NCBI RefSeq assembly: GCF_009914755.1
Contig: NC_060927.1
Reading direction: 5' to 3' (one strand)
DNA from: the human T2T-CHM13v2.0 reference genome, Homo sapiens
DNA length: 64,000 nucleotides
The position numbers were made by a program, and so were the translations under genes. Below, in pieces: positions 43,946-59,460 of this stretch. Within the stretch, counting starts at the first letter, position 1. Every line of letters starts with the position of its first letter. Under the pieces are notes generated by a model. The model did no database searches. It had not been told where the DNA came from and saw only the letters and a list, made by a program, of their open reading frames with translations.

Positions 43946-46775
43946 GGGAGTGATTGTTTAAGGAGTTCAGAGTTTCTGTTTGGTATGATGAAGAAGTTCT
44001 GGAAATGGATAGTAGTGATGATTGTGCAAATGCAACTGAATTGTACACTTAAAAATGTTTTGAATGGCAAGTTTCATATTGTATATATTTTACCACAATT
44101 TTTAAAATACATATTTCTATGATTTCATTTTTTATTTCTAGTTGTGTAATTAATTTAAAGTAAGTTTAAAATAATTTTTAAATATCAAACATGTAATATT
44201 GACTGTATTGTCTTAGAAAAGCTATCCAGATAATAATTCAACATGTCATAAAAAATAATATAGCAATTTTTTACTTAGAACTTTTTTAAAGATTATTTCA
44301 AAAGAATATCAATTAAATCTTATTTTCTTATCATGACAGCTATCCCCATGTATTTTAAATATCAAATAAAGCATTCAGAAAAAATAAGGCACACAGATTC
44401 TGTAGCTAAAACTAGCTTGGCCAAAATTAATGCTAGTAGATGAGAGATTTCAATCTGAAAATAAATCTGTTTCTCCAATTCCAATGACTATTGTCATCTG
44501 CCACAATTTAGAGTACATCTAGAAGAAGATGAATATTTTTGATAAGAATTCTACACACCAGTGAAGATGTCACTGTCTAGTCTTGATTTGCAACCTAATA
44601 TAAAATTTATTTTGGAAATAAAATAAATTATATTGGTTTTTTTCCCTGATTTTAAAAGACTGGCCTGTTTTCTTCTTAAGAGTTTTCTCTTACATGAGAA
44701 AAAAAGCAAAGTGGGTAAACGCTTAAAACACAAATGTTAACCACATCATAAAGAACTCTAAAGTGCGTTCTATTTAATCCATTCTTTTCCTAATACATGT
44801 AGGAGGAATATGGTCATTGCATTTCCAGAATAACAGAATTCGAAATATAGAGTGTGGCCAATTCTATAACGTGCATTTTAAATAATTATTTTAAGATCAG
44901 GAATGTGTCCACTGTGTTCTGGTGCCTTTGAATGTTAAGCTTCTTTCTTTGATAGGAATCTTACCGTTTGGCTCTGAATATCAAAGCACACCACGCTTTA
45001 GGGGAAAATGGATGGAAACTGTTTTTCAGTGTAAGATAGGATAGGAGAGAAAGTAAAAACAACCCATTCAATAACACAATGCAGAAAAAAATAAGAATAT
45101 CTCTGAAAATGACTTCTACAATAGTCTAAATCCTTTGTAATCAATATTGGCTCTGACAGTCTTAACAGAAAGTTTCTGCACACTGAAAGCTGTGTCACAA
45201 GAATACGTAAATAACGTTCCTTTCCCACACACCTCACTATAACTGCAGTGCCTAACACCTATTTTTCCTAAGGAGCATCACTTCTAGTCTTAGAAGAGTT
45301 AAAGTGAAAATAAAACTTTTCATTTCATCATTTTATGAACATGAAAATACGTCAGTTTGGCTCCAGTATTACTGTTTTTTGGATTAGAGAAAAATAGGAA
45401 TCATGTATTTTTTGAAGACTCTTGGACCACTGGTTTTGGGTATGATGAATATTTATTGCGGATTGTTTAGAATGCTCTGATAAAAATTAACTTTGTTCCA
45501 TTCTAGCTCTTGACTCTCAAAGACAGGAAATTACCAAAAAAAAAAAAAGAAAGATTGGCAAAGGAATATTGTAACATTTTGGCATGCCTTATATTCTTTC
45601 AGTGGACAGTCTTAGAATACACAGTTAACACATTTTAATTCCCAAACTAGGGTTATCCCAAGTAAATGCAGTAGAACACTAACCCAACTGTGCTATTCCT
45701 TTATATTTTTCCTTTATATTTTTTATACTTTTTCATAGATACTATGACTTAGACCAAACTTAACAGCAAAGCAATTCCTTGGCCTCATAGGTAAGGCTTT
45801 GATACTGAAAACTTGGTTTATTAGTTCATTCATAAACACCACATTTAGGATGCCACTATTTGTATTTGAAGTTGAACCATAACCATCTAAGTTAGAATAT
45901 TTACCTATGAGACATATTAATATAGCTTCCTGATTGACTTGAACAAAAGCTTTAATAGTTTGGTTTGAAATATCTAGCTTATTGACATGAAACCATTACC
46001 ATTTGGAAATCCTGGACCCATAGTTCACTCATTTACCATTGCAAGATCCTCTGAGGTTTCCACTTGGGAAAACTGGATGCCTAATTACCTAGTGTTAATG
46101 AAGCCCTAATTTTTACGACATAAACTGGTCTGGTTAACTTTGCCAACTTCACAACAATTAGGCATTATTAGTATTACCTATTGACTCATTGAGCTATAAA
46201 ATAAAATTTAGCATTTCATTCTCAGCAACATTGAGGTATCCAAGAAGAAAATGTCATGACTTACGACAGGATCTTCTAGAAAAGTTAAATTAATGAATTC
46301 AGATGGCTTTTCAAATAAAGCCGTATTCTAAATATGAATTTTAAGTAGCATTAACTGCTATTAAGTAACATTAATTACTTTAAGCATCAACTTGCTTCTG
46401 AAGATTTTAATTTTTATCACAATTAAGTAGCAGAATTAATAAGAGAAATTATAGATTAGTGACTTTTATTCAAAAGTGGTGGAACCACTGGCAGTATACC
46501 AGAGTTCTCACTCAGAACAACTAAAATCAGCAACATCACAGAAGAGCTGAACAACACTCTTTTTTTTTTTTATTATACTTTAAGTTTTAGGGTACATGTG
46601 CACAACGTGCAGGTTAGTTACATATACATACATGTGCCATGTTGGTGTGCTGCACCCATTAACTCATCATTTAACATTAGGTATATCTCCTAATGCTATC
46701 CCTCCCCCTCCCCCCACCCCACAACAGGCCCCAGTGTGTGATGTTCCCCTTCCTGTGTCCATGTGTTCTCATTGT

Positions 46776-50602
<3,827 letters not shown>

Positions 50603-50665
50603 TATGATGTTAGCTGTTTATTTTGCTCATTAGTTGGTATAGTTTCTTCCTAGCCTCGATGGTCT

Positions 50666-51683
50666 TTACAATTTGGCATGTTTTTGCAGTGGCTGGTACT
50701 GGTTGTTCCTTTCCATGTTTAGTGCTCCCTTCAGGAGCTCTTTTAGGGCAGGCCTGGTGATGACAAAAATCTCTCAGCATTTGCTTGTCTGTAAAGGATT
50801 TTATTTCTCCTTCACTTATGAAGCTTAGTTTGGCTGGATATGAAATTCTGGGTTGAAAATTCTTTTCTTTAAGAATGTTGAATATTGATCCCCACTCTCT
50901 TCTGGCTTGTAGAGTTTCTGCTGAGAGATCAGCTGTTAGTCTGATGGGCTTCCCTTTGTGGGTAACCCAACCTTTCTCTCTGGCTGCCCTTAACATTTTT
51001 TCCATCATTTCAACTTTGAAGAATCTGACAATTATGTGTCTTGGAGTTGCTATTCTCGAGGAGTATCTTTGTGGCATTCTCTGTATTCCCTGAATTTGAA
51101 TGTTGGCCTGCCTTGCTAGATTGGGGAAGTTCTCCTGGATAATATCCTGCAGAGTGTTTTCCAACTTGGTTCCATTCTCCCCGTTACTTTTTGGTACACC
51201 AATCAGATGTAGATTTGGTCTTTTCATATAGTCCCATATTTCTTGGAGGCTTTGTTCATTTCTTTTTATTCTTTTTTCTCTGAACTTCTCTTCTCACTTC
51301 ACTTCATTCATTTGATCTTCCATCACTGATATCCTTTCTTCCAGTTGATCAAATCAGCTACTGCGGCTTGTGCATTCATCACGTAGCTCTCATGCCATGG
51401 TTTTCAGCTCCATCAGGTCTTTTAAGGACTTCTCTGCATTGGTTATTCTAGTTAGCCATTCATCTAATTTTTTTTCAAGGTTTTTAACTTCTTTGCCATG
51501 GGTTTGAACTTCCTCCTTTAGCTCGGAGTAGTTTGATCGTCTGAAGTCTTCTTCTCTCAGCTCATCAAAGTCATTCTCCATCCAGCTTTGTTCCATTGCT
51601 GGTGAGGAGCTGCGTTCCTTTGGAGGAGGAGAGGCGCTCTGATTTTTAGAGTTTCCAGTTTTTCTGCTCTGTTTTTTCCCCGT
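50666..51683 (-). pseudogene. L1 ORF1, disrupted
   Basis: Start codon reads ACG (51683-51681), premature TGA at 51392-51390, frameshift near 50765. Fragments ...KRPNLHLIGVP...QPRISYPAKLSF... Confidence 0.92.
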
Positions 51684-52258
51684 CTTTGTGGCTTTATCTA
51701 TCTTTTGTCTTTGATGATGGTGATGTACAGATGGGGTTTTGGTGTGGATGTACTTTCTGTTTGTTAGTTTTCCTTCTATCAGGCAGGACCATCAGCTGCA
51801 GGTCTGTTGGAATTTGCTGGAGGTCCACTCCAGACCCTGTTTGCCTGGGTATAAGCAGCGGAGTCTGAAGAACAGTGGATATTGGTGAACCACAAATGTT
51901 GCTGCCTGATCGTTCCTCTGGAAGTTTTGTCTCAGAGGAGTACCCGGCCGTGTGAGGTGTCAGTCTGCCTCTACTGGGGGGTGCCTCTCAGTTAGGCTAC
52001 TTGGGGGTCAGGGACCCACTTAAGGGGGCATTCTGTCCATTCTCAGATCTCCAGCTGCGTGCTGGGAGAACCACTACTTTCTTCAAAGCTGTCAGACAGG
52101 GACATTTAAGTCTGCAGAGGATTCTGCTGCCTTTTGTTTGGCTATGCCCTGCCCCCAGAGGTGGAGTCTACAGAGGCAGGCAGGCCTCCTTGAGCTGCGG
52201 TGGGCTCCACCAAGTTTGAACTTCCCAGCCGCTTTGTTTACCTTCTCAAGCCTCGGCA

Positions 52259-52540
52259 ATGGCGGGTGCCCCTCCCCCAGCCTTGCTGCTGCCTTGCAGT
52301 TTGATCTCAGACTGCTGTGCTAGCAATGAGCGAGGCTCCGTGGGCGTAGGACCCTCCAAACCAGGCACGGGATATAATCTCCTGGTGTGCCATTTGCTAA
52401 GACCGTTGGAAAAGCGCAGTATTAGGGTGGGAGTGACCCGATTTTCCAGGTGCCATCTGTCACCCCTTTCTTTGACTAGGAAAGGGAATTCCCTGACCCC
52501 TTGCATTTCCCGGGTGAGGCGATGCCTCGCCCTGCTTTGA
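52259..52540 (+). CDS. LINE-1 ORF0 homolog (antisense ORF in the 5'UTR), open 93 aa; expression unknown
   Basis: MAGAPPPALLLPCSLISDCCASNERGSVGVGP...IRVGVTRFSRC matches the recalled ORF0 peptide. Kozak GCAATGG. Confidence refers to identity as ORF0, not to translation. Confidence 0.7.
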   Translation: MAGAPPPALLLPCSLISDCCASNERGSVGVGPSKPGTGYNLLVCHLLRPLEKRSIRVGVTRFSRCHLSPLSLTRKGNSLTPCISRVRRCLALL

Positions 52541-52726
52541 CTCACGCTTGGTGTGCTGCACCCACTGTCCTGCACCCACTTTCCGACACTCCCCAGTGAG
52601 ATGACCCCGGTACCTCAGTTGGAAATGCAGAAATCACCCAACTTCTGCGTTGCTCATGCTGGGAGCTGTAGACTGGAGCTCTTCCTATTAGGCCACCTTG
52701 GCTCCACCCCCCTGAACAACACTCTT

Positions 52727-54200
52727 AAGCAATTTACCCTAATGACATTTATTGAACACTGCACCAATAATGACAATAAATACTCTTTGTGAGTCCACAC
52801 AGGACATTTACCATAAGATGAGTCTATGATAAGTCTTCAAATAAACTTAAACAAATTGTATAGGATTTAAATCACTCAAATTATGTTTTTGAAACATAAT
52901 ATAATTAATTAAAAATAGTCTAATAAAAATAACTGGAATATTCCTAGCTTCTTGGAAATTAAGCAATACATATTAAATAAAACTATGTGTCAAGAACTCA
53001 CCAAAAATTAGAAAATCTTTTCAATGAAATAATAATAAAGGTCCAGTATATCAAATCTTGCATGATACATCTGATAGAGTGCTTAGCAGCATATTTGTGA
53101 CTTTAAAATGCATATATTAGGAAACAACAAAGGCTGAGAATCAATGAATTAAGCATCCATCTTGAGAAATTGACAAAAGAAGAGTAAATTAATCCCCAGA
53201 AAGCAAAAGGAAGGAAATAATAAAGAACAAAAAATAAATCTGACAATTTAGATGAAAAGTAGACATTTCTTGAAAACCACCAATTACCAATCCAACGCAA
53301 GAAACCCTATGTTTAGATGGTTTTAGCAGTGAGTTCTTCCAAATATTTAAGGAAGAAAGTGTAAAATAAAAAAAGTAGAAGAAAAATTTCTTACCTCATT
53401 TTATAAGATTAGCATAACTTTGATACAAAATCTCACAATGATATTATAAGAAATAAAATTTTAATAAATCTTTCTCATCAACAACATGTAAAATCCTCAA
53501 CAAAATATTATATCAATCTAGGGATATATAAAAAGGATAAGAGAATACAATTAAATGAGGTTTATTCTGTGAATACAAAGAATATTGGTTAACATTTGAG
53601 AAAAACGTAATTTGATGCATTAGCCACAAAAAGAGAAGAAATTAATATCCCTAAATGCATAGACAACTTGTGATAAAATTCAACATTCTTTACTAGAAAC
53701 AAAACAAAAACCTCTAGCCTAAGTTGAATAGACAGGGATTTTCTTAATCTGATAGTAGCTTTTAAAAATAAATCAAAGATTGTACAAAATGATGAAATGT
53801 AAAAAAATTGTCCCCTCCAAAATAGGGAATGAGACAAAGATGGCTGCTCTTCCCATTTCAAGTCAACATTACACTGGAAGTCCAAGCCAGTGCAATCAGG
53901 GAGGGAGAATAAAAGACAGTGGGAAAGAAAGACAACATAATTTTTGGCAGACAACATGATAGTATCTGTAAAAAATCTGAAAGAACCTATGCAGAAAGTT
54001 TAAAAATAAGCAAAACTCACCGATGATGATAGAAGTCAGGTTAATGACTATTTCTGGGGGTGGTAGGGTATGGTTTCTGGAAGAAACATGTAATAATATC
54101 CTGTTTGTTGATCTTAGTGCAACCTACACTGAAGCTTTAATTTTTGAAAATGAATTGAGCTGCACAGTTAGGTTTGGTGCACTTTTATATATGTATGCTA
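52727..54200 (+). mobile_element. Old L1M ORF2/3' remnants; the element continues from ~46490-46561 on the other side of the L1PA
   Basis: 'aaaatcagcaacatcacagaagagctgaacaacactctt|aagcaatttaccctaatgacattt' reads as continuous L1 ORF2 across the insertion. Further motifs 'gcataactttgatacaaaa' and 'gcagacaacatgatagtat'. Confidence 0.75.
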
Positions 54201-55649
54201 AGCTATAAATAATTATATATCATAGGTAACATTTCTTGAGTCACTGAGATTATCACGTGTCAAAAATTTTGTCACTTAATCTTGGACATAATTTCAGGAG
54301 GTGGATCCTATTTTAGCCCCATTTTACAAATAAAAAATCCGTAGTTTGAACACAGATCTTTATGATGCCAAATTCATGTTCTTTATCACAAAATGTAATG
54401 TTTTTAATGCTTCTTAATTCAATGTTTTCTGAATCTCTCTTGACAATTCTTTCCGTTCCAGATTTTGGGCGATAAACACAGGTTAAACTCTAATTCAAAA
54501 TGTGAATTTACAACAGCCATGAAAATTATTACATGCCTGAAAAACCCATGTTTAAGGAGATAATACTGAGTGCACATTGCATTTTACTTGCATTCATGCA
54601 AGATTGACTCAACCTGTCAAATGTTTGAAAATCAAAGCCAGACTTATGGCCCAAACATATATTAAATCATGTGCACAAATGATTCATAACAAAAGCCAAT
54701 CCACCCCCAGTGTGCTAGCAGCCAAGAACAAATCACAGTTATGCCTAAATCTGAAGAACTACTCTTCTCATATATTGTTAATGATGAGATTACAAAGGCA
54801 GCAAAGCACCGGAGATGAATGGGTGACCATAAAATATAAGACGTATGCTCCAGTAAGACCCGAAGTAATTGAAAAAAATTAGATCATGGTGGCACATCTT
54901 TCTATACCATCTAGTTTTTTCTACCTCCCAGCAGAAGTTGATATAAGAAGAGAAAATATTTGCTGGTCGGCACACAAGGCAGTGAAACCTTCCCACTTTT
55001 GTGCAGATGGAAGCTAACTTAATCTGGTTCATATGTTTTAAGCACATCTTAAAATAAAAACTGGAGGCTCACTTGTGCCCATAAAAAACTGCATAAAGCT
55101 GCAGAAGTAGGCAAGCAATTTAAATTTCCAAAATGTTTTTGCAATTCTTTCTTCATTCCAACAGGGTAATAATGCTACCATTTTCACTTCATCATTTGAT
55201 TATTTTTAAAATCCACATTTACATTTCAAATATTATATCTGACCTAATTATTGCAAGAAATGTTGAAGTTGCCTCAAAAAATCAATTACAATACTCAGTC
55301 TGTTTTGTTTCCACTTACAAATTCATTATTTGAATGTGCTATCAGAATTCATAGCAGTAGAGTTTCCAGCTATAATACCTGGATGGCATCTGTTATTTTC
55401 TCTTGCAAGAGAGTCCTTGGAGTACTTTGGCAAACGTGGTCATGAAAATATACAGTAACTATTTTTTAGCATTATCCTACATAACTGGACAATGCTTACC
55501 TAACAATTGCTTTTAGATCTTTATTGAATTTTAAAATAACATGACACTCATACTCATAGGTATTATTATTAATTATTATTCAGGAAAAACAGAAAGGCAA
55601 GCACTAAATTTTGGTTTTTTTTTTTTTTTTTTTTTAAGAATTGGGTCCT

Positions 55650-55735
55650 GGCTGGTGTGGTGTTTACAACTAATTGATTACAACCAATTATATATTTCTT
55701 TGTCCATTCTCTTATTGATTCACTTGACTAGCCTT
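55650..55735 (+). pseudogene. RNY3P: Y3 RNA (RNY3) retro-pseudogene
   Basis: GGCTGGT-[~9-nt deletion]-GTGGTGTTTACAACTAATTGATtACAACCA...TTCACTTGACTAGCCTT matches recalled hY3. Followed by an A/purine tail. TSD aagaattgggtcct (55636-55649) / aagaattggctcct (55952-55965). Confidence 0.88.
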
Positions 55736-55956
55736 AAAAAGAGAGAGAGAGAGAAGATGAAGAGGAAGAAGAAGAGGAAAAGGAAGAGGAAGAGGAAGAA
55801 GAAGGAGAAGGAGAAGGAGGAGAAGGAGAAGAAGAAGAAGAAGAAGAAGAAGAAGAAGAAGAAGAAGAACAAGAACAAGAAGAACAAGAAGAAGAAGAAG
55901 AAGAAGAAGAAGAAGAAGAAGAAGAAGAAGAAGAAGAAGAAGAAGAAGAAGAAGAA
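55736..55956 (+). repeat. Compound purine tract: (GA)n, degenerate GAR triplets, (GAA)14, CAA interruptions, (GAA)23
   Basis: Hand count: (GAA)14 at 55828-55869, caa gaa caa gaa gaa caa at 55870-55887, (GAA)23 at 55888-55956. Confidence 0.95.
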
Positions 55957-56261
55957 TTGGCTCCTTTATCTACTATTCTATATAACTAGTTGGCATGTTT
56001 CTACTTTAGCCAAAAAAAGGGGGGGAAGGATGTGCTGAAAATAATTTTGGCTTCATCTTAGTTTATTATTTTAACCTCTGCTTAATGCAGTCTTCAGGAA
56101 GGCAGGTTTCATGTGGGTTGTATTCAAATTTATTATTACATTTTAGCACAGTGCCTATTGTATAATAGATGCTCACTGAGTTTCAGCTGAATGCATGAAT
56201 GAGTTGGCCATTCAATGTTATCTTTGAAAGCTCACAATAGGAAAGAGAAGATTGTATTTGT

Positions 56262-56822
56262 GTCAGAGGCCACAATATTACCAAGAGTCAGGATACTCCC
56301 AGGTTCAATGGTACATTAGGAGGACTCACAAAACTCAGCAAATAGTCATACCCATGGTCATGACTTTTTACAGCAAAAGGACACAGTGCATAATCAGCAC
56401 TGGGAAAGGACTCATGGGGTGAAGTTCTTAGGACAATAGGCACAAGCTTCCCAGAATCTTCTCCCAATGGAGTCACGCAGGATGTGTTTAATTCCCAAGC
56501 AGAAAGATGTGACTTCACACTTAAAATGCTGTCTACCAGGGACGCTCATAAGGACTCAGAGCCCAGGGTTACTGGGGGTAGGCACTGTCTGCCTAGCATA
56601 CACCAACATTCCAGACTCCCCAAAAGAAAGCAGGTATTCCTTATAAACCATTTTTTTTTTGCGTAGACAATTTAGGCACAATGGGGCATTCTTATCAGTT
56701 CTAGGAATAGTGAGAACCCTTCTGAAATCCCAGTTCCCAAATGCCTGCCAAGGGCTAACATTGCTTGCAGGTTTTTCTAATGATAGCAGTCTCTGGTCTG
56801 CTACGTTTACCCTTTTCTACAT
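56262..56822 (-). mobile_element. MER77/MER21-group ERVL LTR
   Basis: 'taggaggactcacaaaactcagc', 'ggagtcacgcaggatg', 'ttccagactcccc..aagaaagcagg' and 'gatagcagtctc...ttttctacata'. Confidence 0.7.
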
Positions 56823-57465
56823 AGTGCTCATTTGCTCATTTCAACTATTCATGCAAAGATAGTGCATCTCAACTTTTCTATTTGATTACTTTTTCCCATT
56901 TTAACAGAGTCCTGTGAAAAATCCCATTTATATCCAATATCACTGATTGCTAATATTTTAACTTAACATTAAGTAACATAACTAGTAATATGTGCCCCAC
57001 TTAGGTTGATGTGATAAGAACAATATTCAATGGCACAAAACTAATAAAAAGCTAATTTCCTTACTGGACTTCTCTACTGTTATGAGTTATTTTTATGGTG
57101 GTCTTAGGAGGGGGCATTTTTCCAATTTCTACTTATTTTAAAAGGCAAAAACATTATTTTATTAATATTGTATCTTAAAGCATTTAGGCTTTTTGTAAAT
57201 TATCAATGCTAAAAATATTGGTTGAATTCTGTGAATAGAAAGAATATGCTCTTTGAAATATAAATGTTGTTATTGGCTGAAACTTTAATAAAGTCCTTTA
57301 AAAGAATAGCTTTCCTGCCTACAAGTTATCTTATGGTTAAGGGCATAGATTTTTTTTTTTACTAATAAATTAATAAAAATGAGCCTAAGCTTCCAATGGA
57401 AAATGCATGTGTTTAAGGGAGATTTTAATGAATAAATTGTCTTCTGCTGGGAAAGATGGGATAAC

Positions 57466-57935
57466 TGTGGTAAATTGCCTTAATAGAACCAATACTTTAC
57501 CCTGAGAGAAATATATGCCATTGCCATGTAACTATGCAGTCCTTCCCATCAAGAGTACATTGTTCTACCCTAGAACCTGGATTTCATCATATGATGTGTT
57601 TTGGACAACAGGATGCCATCAATCATGATGCAAGTAGAAGCTTGAAAAATTATTTACCAGATTGGGTTACGTTCTTGTCCTTCTGCCATTGTCAAGAGAA
57701 GGATGTTCCTGTGCTGGCCCACTGCTCTAAGGAGAAAGATGAGTGACATGTGGAGCAATGCTGAGTGTTCCCATCCAAGCCCAGTCTAATGCAGCTGACC
57801 CCCTGCCAACTCCACATGCCTGAGTGAGCCAAGCCAAAATTAGAAGATCCACCCAGGTGAGCCTGGCCTAGATTAGCTGAACCATATTGATTCATGAGAA
57901 ATAAATGCTTATTTTTGTATGCCACTTGACTGTTA
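57466..57935 (+). mobile_element. MLT1 (G/H-like) MaLR LTR
   Basis: 'gatgcaagtagaagcttgaaaa', 'gacatgtggagca' and 'catgagaaataaatgcttatt..tatgccac'. Confidence 0.65.
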
Positions 57936-58659
57936 ATAAAAGTCATGTAAAAGTCATGGAGGCAAATTATAGGAGACATTGTAGCCAAGGCACAAAGATG
58001 AGAGTTTGGACCAATACTGAGCATTCATAGCTGCCCGAAAGCAAATACCAGGTATCTCCTGAAAATGATATTTACATTTTTAAAGCATTTTTGTTGGATC
58101 AGTTAAAACCAAAACAAAAAAATATTTTGCAAGGCCATTTAAAGATAGGGCTTGAGTCATTCCAGCTTGGGCATTAAAAGTTAATTTGATATCATTGTAT
58201 ATTTATAGACTACAGAAATTTTGATTCTCTGGTTACATTCTATCCTTCTATTAACTTCTTATTTAAATCTTGAATCATTTTTTTTTTCCACCACAGACCA
58301 GCATGGGAGAGTGAACACAGAAAGTGTGGCAAACAGTTCCATTATAGTGTGGTGAAAAATTCCCAAAGTCAGTCTTGAGTTTCACCAGTAGAGGAGTGAA
58401 TAACAGGAGAAGAAACAAAACTGAAAGACAAGGAATTGATATTTTCATCCTATTCCAGGTCTCTATCATCAAGGGGGATATAAAGGCAAGGCACAGAAAA
58501 AGGAAGTAAGAACTGTCCTATTATGGCCACAAGTTCTCAATTTCCCAAAGCTTTTCCTGCTCAGACATCCCTATCAGCTAACAATAATAAGGCAATCTGC
58601 TGAAATAACTAGTTTCTTATAAACTCTAAAGTCATTTAGGGCAAAGCCCTATTTGATGA

Positions 58660-59095
58660 TGTTGGTTAGGGTAGCACAATCTGTCACAACAAATTAACTC
58701 CTGCATTTCAATAGCTTAAAACAGTCAATGTGTATTTATTGTTCACTGAATAGTCCCATGTGGGAAGTTTTCCTTCTGAGTTTGTTCTTCAAGGACTCAG
58801 CCTTTGTCCATCATATGGTTCCATCATTTCCTATGGCCTGGGAACCCTTTGCAACCAGCTACTGTACAGGAAAGAAAGAATGGAGAAAGTAACCTGCTTC
58901 ACAAAAGCCCCAGCCCAGAGGTCACAGTTTCTCTGATAGTCCACTTTCAAGAACTAGTCACATGGACTCACAAAGATGCAGAGGAAGTTAAGATGTGTAA
59001 TTTCATGCTGTACAGAAGCCTTTTAGCAACAACTTTGTAGAATTGAAGTGGAAGCACGAATTTTGGGTGGATCCTAGCCATCATGCTTGCCACAA
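58660..59095 (-). mobile_element. Old MLT1 MaLR LTR
   Basis: 'atttcaatagcttaaaaca', 'gaactagtcacatgg', ends 'tgccaca'. Confidence 0.55.
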
Positions 59096-59289
59096 TGATA
59101 CAACTATGTTTTGCCCATAGAAAACATCACAAGTCTTAAATGTAGTGAGTTCTCAATACATATTGGTAGAATAACTAAATTAATTATTTGAACTCATGCA
59201 CCTGTTCTTGTCCTGAAGTGTTAATACAGCTATTATTGGTGTATTTGTTGGCTTTCACTTTGTATTTGCTCTGTACCAAAGGCTAAGCT

Positions 59290-59460
59290 CATTAACTAGC
59301 TGTGAGAATTGCTGTTACCAGTGTTCCCATTTTGCAGATGAGGAAACTGAGATGTAACAGTAAAGTAGCTTGCCCAAGGTCCCAGAGCTATTAGATGTTA
59401 AAATCAGAATTCAAGTCTGTCTGACTCCACAACTGAAACTTTTTAAGGCACTGAATGACT
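59290..59460 (-). mobile_element. MIR core
   Basis: 'cccattttgcagatgaggaaactgag...cttgcccaaggtc..agagcta...gtctgtctgactcca'. Confidence 0.75.

Larger units (their letters stand above)
40310..44106 (+). mobile_element. L1MB 3' half (host of several nested insertions)
   Basis: ORF2 remnants ('aaagaagtcaaattacctctgttcacagatgacatc'). L1MB-type 3' end 'gagtttctgtttggtatgatgaagaagttctggaaatggatagt...tatattttaccacaat'. Contains (CA)n at ~40553-40598. Confidence 0.85.

Noticed and set aside
34931-45723. Other short tandem duplications (22-bp at ~34931, 20-bp at ~40072, 13-bp at ~45698) as a CRISPR-like or designed array
   Set aside because: Isolated two-copy slippage duplications with unrelated sequences and no spacer structure, in a eukaryotic context.
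55541-56038. 165-aa Lys-rich ORF with a hydrophobic N-terminus
   Set aside because: Artefact of reading through a T-run, the Y3 pseudogene and the stop-free GAA tract.
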